Assembly (NCBI RefSeq): GCF_963921235.1
Contig: NC_086108.1
Location: forward strand, 84,198,001-84,262,000
From: Mobula hypostoma
Taxonomy: Eukaryota
Direction: 5' to 3'
Length of the DNA stretch: 64,000 bases
This document shows, in pieces, positions 12,465-25,266 of the stretch. The notes under the pieces were generated by a model. It saw only the letters and a list, made by a program, of their open reading frames with translations. It had not been told where the DNA came from and ran no database searches. A program made the translations under genes and the position numbers. The number at the start of each line of letters is the position of its first letter. Position 1 is the first letter of the stretch.

Positions 12465-12793
12465 ATCTTTTTGGAATGATTGTTGGTGCTAGATGGAGTG
12501 GTCTGAGTATCTCAAAAACTGCTGATTGCCTCTGATATTAACACACAACAGTCTCTAGAGTTTACAGAGAATGGTGTAAGAAACAAAGAGCCTTCAGTGA
12601 GCAGTTCTATAGGCGACAATGCCTTGTTAAAGAGAGAGGTCTGAGGCAAATTTCCAGACTGGTTCAAGCTGACAGGAAAGCAACAAATAACCATGTTACA
12701 AAGAGCATCTCTAAACGCACAACATGTTGAGCCTTGAAGTGGATGGGCACCAGCAGCAGCAAACAATGAACATACAGAAATACACTGAGTGTA
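12465..12793 (+). mobile_element. Second copy of the Tc1-like element at 9833-10381
   Basis: atgattgttggtgctagatgg...gagtatctcaaaaactgctg is the reverse complement homologue of ~10160-10210. Ends cactgagtgta. Confidence 0.7.
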
Positions 12794-12832
12794 CAAAGAT
12801 CTGTTAGTATGAAAACTCCAACATTTCACAGT

Positions 12833-13600
12833 AAGGTAGGTGGTATGGTAGACAGTAATGAAGGTTAACAGGAACTACGGTCAGATCTTGATCAGCTGGG
12901 AAAGTGGGCAGAGGAATAGCAAATGGAGTTTATTTCAGAATTGTAAGGCTTTGCAATTTGGGAAGTCAAACCAGGGTTGGACTTTCACAGGGAATGGTAT
13001 GGCTCTGAGGAATGTTTTAGAACAGGAGTACAAATACATAAGGTCCCTAAAAGCAGTGTAACCCAGTCTGACCTGCTGAGTTCCTCCAGCATTTTGTGTG
13101 GGTCTACTCTGGGTACTGAAGGCAGCTTTTGGCATGTTGGGTTTCACCAATCAGGGCATCAAGAATGGAGGTTGTGATGATGTTGTAGTTGTACAAGTCA
13201 CTGATAAGGCTGCATGTGTTAGAATGAGGTGTGATTGTATAGAGGATATATAATGAGGGGCATAGGTAGAACTGTGAATGCACAATCTTTTTCCCAGGAT
13301 TGGAAATTCAAGAACTAAAAGGTACAGGTTTAAGATGAGAGGGGCAATATCTAAGAGGAATCTGAGGGGTAACTTTTTCCACACAGCAGGCAGTACATGT
13401 ATGGAATGAGATCCGAGGATGTGGTTGATGCAGGCACAATGACAACACTTAGAAGATGTTTGGACGGGTACATGAATAGGAAAGGTTCAGAGGAATATGT
13501 GTCAAATATGGGCAAATGGATCTAGCTTAGATGGTCATCTTGATGGTGAAAGGCAGTTGGCCAAAGGGGGATCTTTCCATGCTGCATCAGTCTGCAGCTC
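12833..13600 (+). mobile_element. CR1 LINE 3' fragment with a small nested Penelope tail (~13065-13104)
   Basis: KWAEE*QME and CKALQFGKSNQ motifs and a CR1 3'UTR. Contains the insert ctgacctgctgagttcctccagcattttgtgtg. Confidence 0.75.
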
Positions 13601-13749
13601 TGTAAGTGCAAGCATTGTATCCTTTACAGAAGTTAAAGGTCAGCATTCCTAAAATCAAGAGTAACTGTGCTACACGCCCCCAAAATGACCACAATTCTAA
13701 AAAGTGAAAAGTTATTCAAATACATCAACCCATTGATAAATTTAAGCAG

Positions 13750-14160
13750 TTCCTATGAATGGAGGACGACTTGTTTGCCGTCTGGTTTCAAGGGTCCTGA
13801 GGTGGCTAATGAGGCCAGCCTGGGAAATCCAGACCTTATCACAGATAGGGAAGCAGGTAACCAACAGACAGGGATATAGGTGGTATTCTCCCTTTACCAT
13901 TCACATACAGTTTCTGTGTGATCTTGAAGCATTGTCTCACGGTTCTCAACACTATTGTAAATGCTCCTTCACCACTTATGGGCCAGAGATTCTCAGGAGT
14001 CAATACAAATGTTGCATTTTTTCCTAGAGTCCAGGAATCTGACCTTGAGTATTTTTTCCCTTATCCTCTTAGCAATCTCGTCCCATAAGTATCTGTTTTG
14101 GGAATATGCTGTTGAGGAAATGAACAACATGGTTTCACTTGCAGGGTGCCCAGCACAATC
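13750..14160 (-). mobile_element. RTE-clade LINE C-terminus (decayed)
   Basis: Minus strand ...RKKCNICIDS*ESLAH and a terminal C2H2-like CFPICDKVWISQAGLISHLRT. Confidence 0.65.
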
Positions 14161-15031
14161 TTCTCTGATCTGATTTGACACGAGTGAAATATTTCACTGT
14201 ATGTTCGATGCGCATGCGACAAATAAAGCCAATCTTTACCTAAATCTTTACTGTTGCAACAACTCTGTAAACCATCAGTATTAAATAGAAACATGTGCAA
14301 AGACACACAGCAATAAAAGGATTCTTCCACTTCTAAGATACAAAGAGATTTTCTTGAAAGGGCCGCTAAATTGGTGTCTGCTCTTGGGACAGAGAACTAT
14401 GTCTTTGAACTCATATGGGACAAAAGTACTGTATCCTGACAAAGGCTTCAGGGAGGGGTACATGGAATACCATAATTCTATCTCTATTCATTGTGTAATG
14501 CTAACTGAAGTGATGAGAATTCAGCCTGATGCATGATATATTTCTCTCGGAGTTTTTAGAGACACCATTTTTTCTTCAACCAAGACAAGTCAAAAGCAGC
14601 AGGACTGGTTTTCCTCCCAGAGCTGCCAACTTTGCCAAATTAAACATTATCAACATAAAACTACTCCCCACTCCAGCACTGTCATGGAAGCAGTCAGTGC
14701 ACTTCTTTTCAACACTTGTACTTCAAACCTTTCTTTGTTCTGCCTCAGATGATTGTAAAAGCCCTTGACCAGGTGCGATTATCAAAAAGTCACCAGGTTG
14801 TCCTAAGCTCAGCTGCTCAAATACTAACATTTGTGAACCTCTCTCACTCGTGTTCCCCATGCTTAATAAACCACAGTAAGTTTTACATTTGAAATCCCTC
14901 TAACTATAAACAAAAATCACAGGGCTCAGGTCCCTTCATGATCTTCACCTCTGTAGCTACTTTCAGGTTTCAAATGATAACCCCAAGTTTATCAGAGTCA
15001 TCAATGCCAGTGCACATAGCTGTCTTCTTTT

Positions 15032-15465
15032 CTGAGCATCGTCACCTTGTCATGGTGGAGAGGCTTGTATGTTCCAGAGATCCCAAGAGCAATACCATCT
15101 GGAGTTTAGCCATCTAGCACTTAGCTACTGGTAAGGACACCCACAGCGGTAAGTTCAAGGGGGAGGTTCCAAGCAAAGAGTGCTTCAAACAAGACTCAGT
15201 GGTGAAGCTGGCGGAAGATGATGACACATCACGATGATAGTGAGGGCAGAGGAAGGCTGCAGCAGTGAAGGATCCCCAGTCATCTTGCATTCCACGCCAC
15301 TGGACCCTGACTGCGATCTGTCAAGGACTGTGTGCTGACTGCCTGTGTATCAGCATCCCCACGTTAAAAAAAGTCATGCACAGGCGTCTCCGTTAAGGGA
15401 ATCCACCCTAACATGCCGGAAGCCCCTTCAGAGAACATCATACTCAACTCGAGTGATCACGATAC
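15032..15465 (+). mobile_element. RTE (Rex3/Expander/BovB-like) 5'-end-derived element
   Basis: Begins gtcaccttgtcatggtggagaggcttg, resembling RTE 5' ends as I recall them. No ORF. Confidence 0.45.
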
Positions 15466-16392
15466 TCAGTCATCTAGACTCAAGTTCTCCAATTTCCTAA
15501 CTATCCTCTCTGCCTCCTTTAAGATCCATCACCAAACCTACCACATGAACTGAATTTTCAGTCAAGTTTCTTAATATCTCTCTTGGCTCTCTTGCTGTTT
15601 ATATCTGGGTTACATATCTATGAAATGTCTTGGGATATGCACTTATATTCAAAGCTTGCTGCAAGATGTGTGCAAATTGAAATACAGCTCCACAACATTA
15701 CACCAAAATAAAGATAATAATGAATTTCATACAAAAAACTAATTGTTTTTAATGAGTACAGCAGGATAATGTGCTATTTATCTCATTAATCTACCATAGC
15801 TCATTTGCCGTATTTTCTGTAAGGAAATAGGAAACAAATGAAAATGAAGCTACAATTAACATACTTCTAACAAAATGTCCTGCTCACACAGAGAAGTGTT
15901 ATTTAGGATCTGGATGACGGGAACTATGTTTAAAACGTAAGTAAACTATTAAATCTGCATGACAAAATAAATATTACTTATAAGTTTAAAGATCATTTTT
16001 GATGGCTTAATGAGTTATGTGTATTCAATCCAGCAAGTTACATTCTTTTGGACCGATCACACATAAGCTATGATCTTGCCAAATTATTTTATCTACTGAA
16101 GGATTATTTTTGCCACTAGTAGAATTTTCAACAATCAACCACAGGATATCAAGTCAGGATAATATCCTTTCACATTCTGTTGCATAGAATCATGGATCAT
16201 GGGTCCGGTGGTGTAGTCAGATGTACAAGTCAGATTATGTCACTTCTCTCTCTTATCCCAGAACAATGTAGCAAACACTTTCAAAGTTTCGAGTCATTTT
16301 CTAATTTGATGGTTTGTCCAAGTTGGTTTGAACAATCACAGAACACAACACAGTACAGTACAACACAATACAGATCCTTCTGCCTATGTGTT

Positions 16393-16770
16393 ATAGTAGG
16401 CAGCAGTGACCCCAGGGGATCATGGGTTTGCGCTTCTGGTGGACTGTGTCTTCTCTAGGGCGCAAGCATGGGCGGGAAGATTTGAAGAACCAACTGTTGC
16501 CCATGCAGCAGGTTCCCCTCTCCACGTCACTGATGTAGCCCAAGGGAAGGGCAAGCGTCAATACAGCTTGGCACCAGTGTTGTCGCGGAGGTTGTCAGAG
16601 TGAAGTTGTAAACAACATCAAACTGCCTTAGGGATCCCAGCTCCGGATTTCTTCCTCGGGGTTTACTCCCGAAGCCTTTCCCATGGGTGGTATGGCCGCA
16701 AGGTGGTGGAAGTTTAAAATCACAAAGTTTTCCTTCTCCTCGGCAGGCTGCCATCTGAGCCCCACGTGCC
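16393..16770 (-). mobile_element. Non-autonomous RTE derivative (5'UTR plus 3' tail)
   Basis: 5' GGCAGCC...GGAGAAGGAAAACT motif. The 3' ~190 bp is homologous to the tail of the SINE at 30780-31112. Confidence 0.6.
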
Positions 16771-17742
16771 CGACTATGTGTTATGTCAACCTATATAATA
16801 CTTCCCTTCCCTATTACATAGCCTATAACCCTTCATATCACCAGCAGTTTTGCATGTAAATAAAATAGCACTTCATATTATTCTAACGGTTATACAATCC
16901 GTTGTGTCAGATCATTTTCACCAATACTTAAGTACAAATCTCTGTCAAAAAATTGACCCAAGTAGCAGTGCTTTCAGTTAATGGTTAACCAGACAAGGGG
17001 AAATCAAATACTCTATTAGGATATGAATACTTGTACAAGAGAACTTCACATCAAAGTGATCACTCTGGAAGGGGCATAAGAAAGTGAAGGTAATGGTTAG
17101 AACTAAAACAATATGAAAAGATATTAACTCAAACTTATATGACAGAAGTGCTATGTAAAATCTCTTACAAACCGATACTTAGCTACATGATCTACAAAAC
17201 CCGGTAACATAATTTGAAAACATAAATTTTCCAGCACAGAACATTTAACTTAGGAAGTCAAAACTAATTCAAATCCCACACCTTCCCCTTATGTAGCTTT
17301 TGCTTCTGCTGCCAGAGTCATCACAACTACATGTGAATACAAGGTTCCTCAGTTAAACACCCCCAAGTTGCTACGATCTTGGATATCACAATTAAAAAAT
17401 AATTGTTAGTGGTGAAGTACTGTCAATGGTATTCATTACAGGATTCCTTCCGCTTTAGTTACAGATTGCCAAGACACTTAGTTTTCAACTTCACAGATAA
17501 CTTTTGCTACTGGTAGCTTGTGTCAACAAAAAGACCTGCTTTACTTTGTATCATTAAGGCAGGGTAAATCCAAAATAATTGCAGTTAGTTTCACACAAGA
17601 ATATCTTTGCTCAATTGATCAGAAAAGGAAATGGTAAAGGAGGAAGAAAACCTTACAAAATTTCTTGCCATTATTCACATATATTTATTAAGTAAAGAAC
17701 TTAAAAAATATCGAGCTCCAAACTTCACTGCTGCAACAGTAC

Positions 17743-17837
17743 CTTGCCCTTTGATTCCAAACGGTGGAACAAAATCTTTCAGTTTTGACCATTGCTTAAA
17801 GGTGTTATCAAGAAACATTAGTGCTGGTTTTGAGAAT
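17743..17837 (-). CDS. ST3GAL3: ST3 beta-galactoside alpha-2,3-sialyltransferase 3, internal coding exon (95 nt)
   Basis: Minus strand: acceptor ttcttctgtttcag|A TTC TCA..., donor CAA G|gtactg. Translates FSKPALMFLDNTFKQWSKLKDFVPPFGIKGQ, close to mammalian ST3GAL3 as I recall it (FSKPAPMFLDDSFRKWARIREFVPPFGIKGQ). Ends in phase 1, compatible with the exon at 1324-1387. Confidence 0.95.
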
Positions 17838-18660
17838 CTGAAACAGAAGAAAATAAATACATTTAATGATGTTGAAGTAATTTTTTTTATTATTTGTAAC
17901 ACTGCAGAGTTTCTAAAACTCTAAAATGTGACATGACCTTTTTTATCACGGTCTTCACTGTCTCTGCTGAAAGCTAATATGAACAACAAGGCAAAAATGC
18001 TTTTCAATCAATGAAATGTTGAAGCAAATTGTTTCGGCCATTTGGATTACGGAAATTTGCCCTTAGGCCATTCATACATCAGTACACATAAGCTTGAGAT
18101 ATAGAATAAAATTCACTTTCACTGAGTTTGTGATTCAACACAAAAATCAATCTGTTTTTCACCTTGCATCTCTTGACACTTGAAAAAGATTCAACTTCAC
18201 ATTCCAAAAATTCACAGCGCAAACAATTTTCTACGATCACAAACCCCGACTCCGTGATGTAGGTATAACAGCAAAATTTGTATTTGTCAACAACTGCATT
18301 AGCAAATTACAAGCAATTCACTGCTAATGAAATACTTTGGTAACATCTGTCCACACACCAACTTATGAAGTAAATGAACAAATAAACACGTTTTTTTTAA
18401 TCTCATTACTTGTGGTGCCAACTTATTATAAAACAGAGCATTACTGTTCAGAATATGATTCGGTCCACCTTGAGCAATATTTTAAAGATATAGAATTTAA
18501 TACCACCACAATTAACAAGTTGTTCCAATGCAAACAGAGAAATCCAGTTTTTAAAAAATTAAATGTAATTCCAGTTCAAGTTTATGTTGTAGGCAGTACC
18601 ATGAAAATTAGCTTTCTACAGCACCAGCAGAGTACATTACAAAACTGACAAACTGAACAA

Positions 18661-18925
18661 CATAGCACAACACTTTACAGTACCAGCAACCCAGGTTCAA
18701 TCCTGCTGCTGTCTGTAAGGAGTTTGTATGTTCTCCCTATGACCATATAGGTTTCCTCCAAGTGCTCCGGTTTCTTGCCACATTCCAAAGGTGTATTTGT
18801 TGGTAGCATTTTAAATTGTCCTGTGATTAGGCTAGGGCTAAATAGGTGGGTTGCTAGGCAGCATGGCTCAAAGGGCCTGAAGGGCTGCATTTAAACAAAC
18901 AAGCAAACAAATAAATAAATAACAT
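18661..18925 (+). mobile_element. V-SINE (HE1-like)
   Basis: GGTTCAATCC B box, V-domain, and AAAC/AAAT tail. Confidence 0.75.
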
Positions 18926-19144
18926 GAATTGCATGTAATCTACATGATAAAATAAATAAAATAAATCATATCAAAGTTACTGCAAGTTGTAAGAGAGTAA
19001 AAATAAGTCCAAGGTAACGTAACGGATTTTCAGGTCAGCTGAAGAATGTGATGATTGTGGGGAAGAAACTGTTGTTGAACTTTAAGGCGTACGTCTTCAA
19101 GCTTCTGTAGCTCTTGGCTGACGGCAGCATGGAGATGAAGGAAC

Positions 19145-19350
19145 AGACACATAATTCTGGAGGAACTCAGCAGGTCCTGCAGCATCTATGGAAATGAATA
19201 AACAGCCGACGTTTCGGGCCGTGAACCTTCTTCAGGTCTGGAAAGGAAGGAGTAAGATTCCAGAATAAAAAAGGGAGTGGAGGAGGAGGACTAGCTAGAA
19301 GGAGATAGGTGAAGCCAGCTGGGTGGAAAAGGTAAAGGACCAGAGATGAA
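19145..19350 (-). mobile_element. Penelope tail with hammerhead motif (19203-19240)
   Basis: Minus strand CAGAC-CTGAAGA-AGGTTCACGGCCC-GAAA-CGTC-GGCTG. Confidence 0.75.
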
Positions 19351-19844
19351 GGCACACCATTATGACATACTTGGCTCATGAAACGTTTCTATCCAGCCCC
19401 ATCATCCTCAACATTCTGCAAGATTTACCTTGACCCGGTTCGCTGATGCTGATCAGGTAAACATTATGATGTTGATTGATTAGAAGAATTGAAGCCTAAT
19501 CGAATCAAGAAGAGCTTCCAAAACTGTGAACATGGCCCACTTTGGGAGTCCTCAAAAGGTCCATGTACGTCACTCCTCCTGTTTATTTTAGATTAGAATG
19601 TACAAATAGAAACTCCTCACTTTCAGGAAGGAGATGCTTTTAAAAAGTATATAGGAGAATCAGAACACTAGCAAGCTGAGAAGAATCAGTACAAAAGCAG
19701 AAAATAGATCCGCTATTGTATTTTGCTAAAGCCATTTAAGCAATAAAGCTGTTAATAATTTACATTTATCAAAATGACTATTACAATACTTGTGTTATTA
19801 CAATTACTGTGTCCTAGCTTAACGACAATAAAGCATTTTATAAT

Positions 19845-20325
19845 TGAACAAGTGCTCCCCGACTGCCACTTCAGATTCTTGGCCCATCTTGTTCCCTGAG
19901 GGGAGGTCTAGTATTGTTCCTTCCTGAGTAGGTTCCTCTATATAATCCATGAGGAAATCGTCTTGGATGCACCGTAAAAATTCCACCCCATCCAGGCCCT
20001 TTGCACTCTGCATGGCCCAGTCAATTGTGGGAAAACTGATTTCACAACACATTTGCTCCTCAAGTTCCTGGTGACTATTAGGGGGTCTCTAATATAGTCC
20101 TCATCAAAAAGGCAACAATTTCTCCATTCCTGGCTGTTCCTTTGTCAATCACACCAGTATCCCAGAGAATTGAGCTCCTGTCCTTCTCTCACCTACATTT
20201 CTTCTATGGCCACAATAACCCATTCTCTATGACCAATCCACACCTTATAAGTGCAATTTAAAGCAGTGGTCCTATCTGCCCTTCTACCATAAACATGGCT
20301 ATTCTGATTGCTAGGCTTACATTCT
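19845..20325 (-). mobile_element. Old CR1 endonuclease fragment
   Basis: FPTIDW...GVEFLRCIQDDFLMDYIEEPTQEGTILDL...VGEHL. Confidence 0.7.
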
Positions 20326-20326
20326 T

Positions 20327-21248
20327 CCGGACTTCTGGTCAAGATGGCGCCTGCATAAAACACTCCCCTCAGTTGACATCCTCTGGATAGATCATTAAAC
20401 TATATATTTCACTTCTTTCATATCTTTTCATTTGATTTTCGTCTTGGATGTGATTTTGGAACTATTGGAGACTGTGATTTGCTGTTTGGAGATCGTTTGA
20501 GTGTTCCAGCACTCTGCAGACTCCAAGAGGTTTCTGGGAGTCAGAGGCAGTGTGAGCGAATCTCATGGTGGGCAGGCTGTGAGCCAATCAAAGCTTCCAT
20601 TGTTCACCAATTAAAAAACGAGCGAGATTGAAACATCAAGGAAAATGCGGAAGCTTGGAGATCGTTTGGGTGATTCAGTGCTCTGCTGTCTCTAAGAAAA
20701 GATTCTGGGAGACAGAGGCAGTGTGTGTGAACTTCATTGTGAGAAGGCTACGAGACAGGGCGCAAGCCATTGTTTGACTCTATTTTGCCAATTAAAGCTT
20801 CCATTGTTTGCCGGTTAAAGCGACACGGGAGAACGAAGCAGCAAGACAAGTGCGGAGGGTGAACGCTGGCTGCCTGTGTTTTGATCGATCTCCTACAGAG
20901 AGGTAAAATCTGCCACTGGGCCCAGAGAGTGTTCCCCAGATTTTTCTGTGTTTTAAATGTGGACTTGGACTATAGACTTTTTCCAGTATAATAGTTTTTT
21001 ATATTCTGCATTTTCACCTGATCTTTCTTGTGTTTTTTTGTGCGCGGAAGGGGATTTGGGAGTTGACGTGCCTGTCCCATTTTTGTGGGTTGATGTGCCT
21101 GTTCTGCTTTTGTTCATTTTTTTGTGTGGGAGGAGGGATTTGGCGATAAGATGATCATGCCACCTTTCTTTTCTTTCTTTACTCCATGGTTATCCCAGAG
21201 CAGAAGAATTTCAAGTTATATACTTTGATAAAAATGAACCTTTGAACT
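20327..21248 (+). mobile_element. Non-coding element with AAGATGGCG 5' end and TGAACC/TTGAAC tail
   Basis: Starts ggacttctggtcaagatggcgcc, has an internal ~150-bp imperfect duplication, and ends aaatgaacctttgaact. Confidence 0.55.
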
Positions 21249-21539
21249 ATTTCCTAGTGTCTCTTCTGCAGCCATAGAATATCCTGTCGGCCCCTCTCAC
21301 TATCGAGTGCCCTATCACTATTCCTCTGTCTGACCTGCACCCTTTCTCCCTGAGCCTCAGAGCCAGCTGTGCATTTATAATTCTTTTATATGCTACTTTT
21401 TCTTCTGGTACAGCCTCAGGAAAGCAACATCAAAGTTCCCTACACTTGGCCCATGCCATTTTCTTGCAGCTACCTTTGGACAGGTACAGAAGCCTGATGG
21501 CCCATACCACAATGTTCAAGAACAGCTACTTTTCTTCTC

Positions 21540-22845
21540 ACAAATCTCCTTTAAATGTTTCTCCTCTCTCCTTAAACATGTGTCCTCTAGCCTTTGATAT
21601 TTCTACATTGGGGAAAAGATTTTGTTTGTCTTCGTTATCTACATCTCATAATTTAACATACTTCTCTCAGGACCTTTCAGCCTCCAGCGCACCAGAGAAA
21701 AATCTCTTCTTATAGCTAACACCTTCTGATCCAGACAACATCACGGTGAACCTCTTCTGCACCGTCCCCAAATCCTCACACCCTTCCTGTAATGCAATGC
21801 ATACAATACTCCAAATGTGGCTGAACTAAATTTTACACCGCTGTAACATGACCTACAAACTTTTGTACTTCCAAATGATACATTGGAGATAATGAAACCA
21901 ATCATTCTGATTCAGTCGCACAAAATGTTTTTGGAACTCAGAAGATCAGGCAGCATCTATGGAGAGGAATAAAGAGTCAACATTTTGGGCCAATATCCTT
22001 CATCAGGACTCCTCAACCCAACATGCGTAACCTTACTAATCAAGAACCTATCAACTTCTGTTTTAAGTATGCCAATGACTTGGCCTCCATGAACATATGT
22101 GTCATTGAATTCCATAGATTCACCATGCTCTGGCTGAAGAAATTCCTCCTCATCTCTGTTCTAAAGGGGCGTCCTTCTAATCTGAGGCCGTGTCCTCTTG
22201 TCCTAGAATTCCCCACTGTAGGAAACATCCTCTCCACACTCACAATATCGAGTCCTTTCAATATTCGACAGGTTTCACTGAGATCTCCCTCATTCTTCTA
22301 AACTCCAGTGAGTACAGGCCCAGAGCCATCAAATGCATCTCATACATTAAACCTCACATTCCCAAAATCATTCTCGTGAATTTCCTCTGGACTGTCTTCA
22401 ATGTCAGCAAGATAAGGAGCCCAAAACTGCTCACAATACTCCAAGTGCAGTCTGACCAAAGCCTTGTAAGTGCTGAGCATTATGTCCTTGCTTTTATACT
22501 AGACCTTATGAAATGACTGCTAACATTGTATTTGCCTTCCTTACCACTAACCCAAACTGTAAATTAACCTTCAGGAAATCCTGTATGAGGACTACAAGGT
22601 CCCTTTCCACCTCTGATCTGTGAATTTTCTACCCATTGAGAAAACAGTCTGTGCCTTTATTCCTTCAATTAAAGTGCATAACCATACACTTCCGTACACT
22701 GTATTCCATCTGACACATCTTCGCCCATTCTCATCTGCCTAAAAGCTTCTCCATATTCTGTTTCCACAACAATACCTGCCGCTTCACCTATCTGTATTCT
22801 TTGCCAACTTCGCCACAAAGCCATCAATTCCATCAAATTATGATT
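21540..22845 (-). mobile_element. CR1 3' fragments with a Penelope tail between them (~21915-22010)
   Basis: MKGLDIVSVERMFPTVGNSRTRGHGLRLEGRPFRTEMRRNFFSQSMVNLWNS. Decayed hammerhead CTGATGA...AAAATGTT at 21975-22010. Confidence 0.8.
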
Positions 22846-24074
22846 CTGCAGCTGCCACACTGTTACTACATATGGGAAGACACAGTTTTCCCATACGTAT
22901 AGTTCAGGACAGGTCTATTCTTTCATTTAACCTTCTAGTTAGTTGTATATTCATGGAACCATCCCTCTACACTGTAACAAAGGGGATATATTTTGTGTGT
23001 CTGGAGTTTTTAATCACCAGTGTTGAAAGGAGTTCTGCTAGTTGGGTTCTGCTGCCATTATAAATGTTATTTTGAAAATTTACATTACTGTATTCAAAAT
23101 GTTAAAGTTAAGTAGTTGATTATAGCAAATGAAACTGTAGTTTGTTATCTTTGCGTTTGAGAACTGTAAAACATCCTGTCAGGAGAGTGAGGTTCTCTTG
23201 CACTGTCCTGAAGGTCTGCTGTGTGAATAAAGACTTTAATATTTCCCACTTACAGCTTCCACGTGGCTCAGTTTTAGTCAGTCACGACAATTCTCTCCGG
23301 CTGGACTTCTGGATTCCAGGAATTATCCAATCTTTGATTAGCGAATTCAAAAATTTACAAAATTGCAATTATCTGCTTTCTCTGTTGAAGTAGTAACAAA
23401 GAATTCCCCCAATTTCTGGTTGAGTGAAAAGAATCAATAATAGCTGACTGTTTCATTCCTAGGCAGGTTGAAATATGCCTATCAAGCATCTAATACATTC
23501 TCTCTAGGGTTTAATTTTAGATTTTTGTTTTTTTTTATTATGTATACAATCCCCTCCCTTTGTCATAAATGAGATATAACATGACCTTTATTTTTTGAGT
23601 TCTCTGATTTATTTGCCAGGTCCAGATCAATATATCGTATAATCTCTTTCTTCCATCTGCTCCATTCTTTAGATAGATTACTTGTCTCAAAATTCAATGG
23701 TTTGCATGGCTTTATTTGTTTCATCTTGTATTCAATCAAATCTTAGTCTTGCTGTCTCTGACTGGAATTGACTGGGATCACACCCAGCATTTGTCACTCT
23801 AATTCAGGCATGGAATCTAAGTTTCATTGACTCTCTGACATCATGTCTCAGGATCTCCTTCATTCAGTTTTCAAGCAATAGTCAGAAATCAAACTATCAA
23901 CAAAGATACTTAATTCATAAAACAGATTTTAGTGCCAGCCAATATCCTTCGTCATTTTCCATCAAACTCCTTACTCTGAAGTTTGCTGTTGTAGAAGAAC
24001 ACTACTAAACTAGTCAAGATAGTAACATGAACAAAAAGTGAAATCATTAAAAAAGTATTTAGCACGCTCAAACT

Positions 24075-24323
24075 GATATTACACACCATCCGTTTCCTAA
24101 ATGGACATTGAACCCATGAACACTACCTCACTTTTTTAACATACAACTGTTTCTGTTTTTTGCACAATTTTAATCTATTCAATATATGTACACTGTATAT
24201 TGATTTATTTATTTATTTAATATTAATTTTTTTTTTTCTCCTATATTATGTATTGCATTGAACTGCTGCTGCTAAGTTAACAAATTTCACGTCACATGCC
24301 GGTGATAATAAACCTGATTCTGA
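24075..24323 (+). mobile_element. Rex1/L2-like LINE 3' end (GATTCT tail)
   Basis: Close match to 40130-40340; ends aataaacctgattctgat. Confidence 0.7.
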
Positions 24324-24686
24324 TATACATCTTACACTACCTCAGTAGTTTTTATTCTTCGCTGTAAAAATTATACTATAATAACTGATGGTTTATTCAA
24401 CACCATCAAACTGATTGCTTCAACTCTATAATCTTAGTCTTACAAGTGACAAGAATGGTTATACCAGCATACTTCAGCAGTGAAGTAGACTTAAGGATCT
24501 ACAACTGCTTAAACACATTGAGAAGAGCTCATTATCATTTGCATAAAACTGGATTACATCAGTTTAGTTATGACCACCAATAATCATCTGACGCAACCTA
24601 ATTCAAAACAAGACAGCACTTTTTTTTTGCACTTTTTCCTTTTTGGACTTAGTTAAGTCAAGGACATATGTGATTATTGTTTTTCC

Positions 24687-25266
24687 TTTCTTTCTTTTTA
24701 AATCTTTTTATTGAGTAAGTATACAAAAAAGGTAAGCCATATAAACATTAATACAATGTTAAAGTATAATAAAATTCCAAAAGATAACAATACCAAAAAG
24801 AAAATACTACAAACAATGTAATTTAAGCATAAGAAACCAAGATAACATAATAGTATACTAGATTTTATATATATCAATGGAAAAAAAGAAAAAAAAACCC
24901 CCAAAAAAAAACCCACCGTGCAGCTAACTAAAAGCAAAGCAAAGCAATGGGCTAACTTGAAACCAAACAGAGTTAAACTTAAAATCACGTCCTCAATCCC
25001 GACCTCCATTAAAACAGTGAAAAAAAAACAAGAAGGGTAAATATTACATTAAATGAAAATATCGAATAAAAGGTCCCCAAATCTGTTCAAATTTAAATGA
25101 AGAATCATAAAGGTTACTTCTAATTTTCTCCAAATTCAAACATAAAATCGTCTGAGAAAACCAAAAAAAGGTAGTTGGAGCATTAAGCTCTTTCCAATGT
25201 TGTAAAATACATCTTTTCGCCATTAAAGTAAGAAATGCAATCATTCTACGGGCTGAAGGGGAAAGA
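24687..25266 (-). mobile_element. L1-clade LINE, 5'-truncated, with TSD
   Basis: Uninterrupted ORF2 C-terminus LSPSARRMIAFLTLMAKRCILQHWK...LNLEKIR...FEQIWGPFIRYF. AATAAA and A-rich tail. TSD tattgtttttcc at 24675-24686 and 25267-25278. Confidence 0.85.

Noticed and set aside
15032..15180. Possible HDV-like ribozyme at an RTE 5' end
   Set aside because: Only a small hairpin (CACC-TTGTCAT-GGTG) is visible; I could not assemble the nested double pseudoknot.
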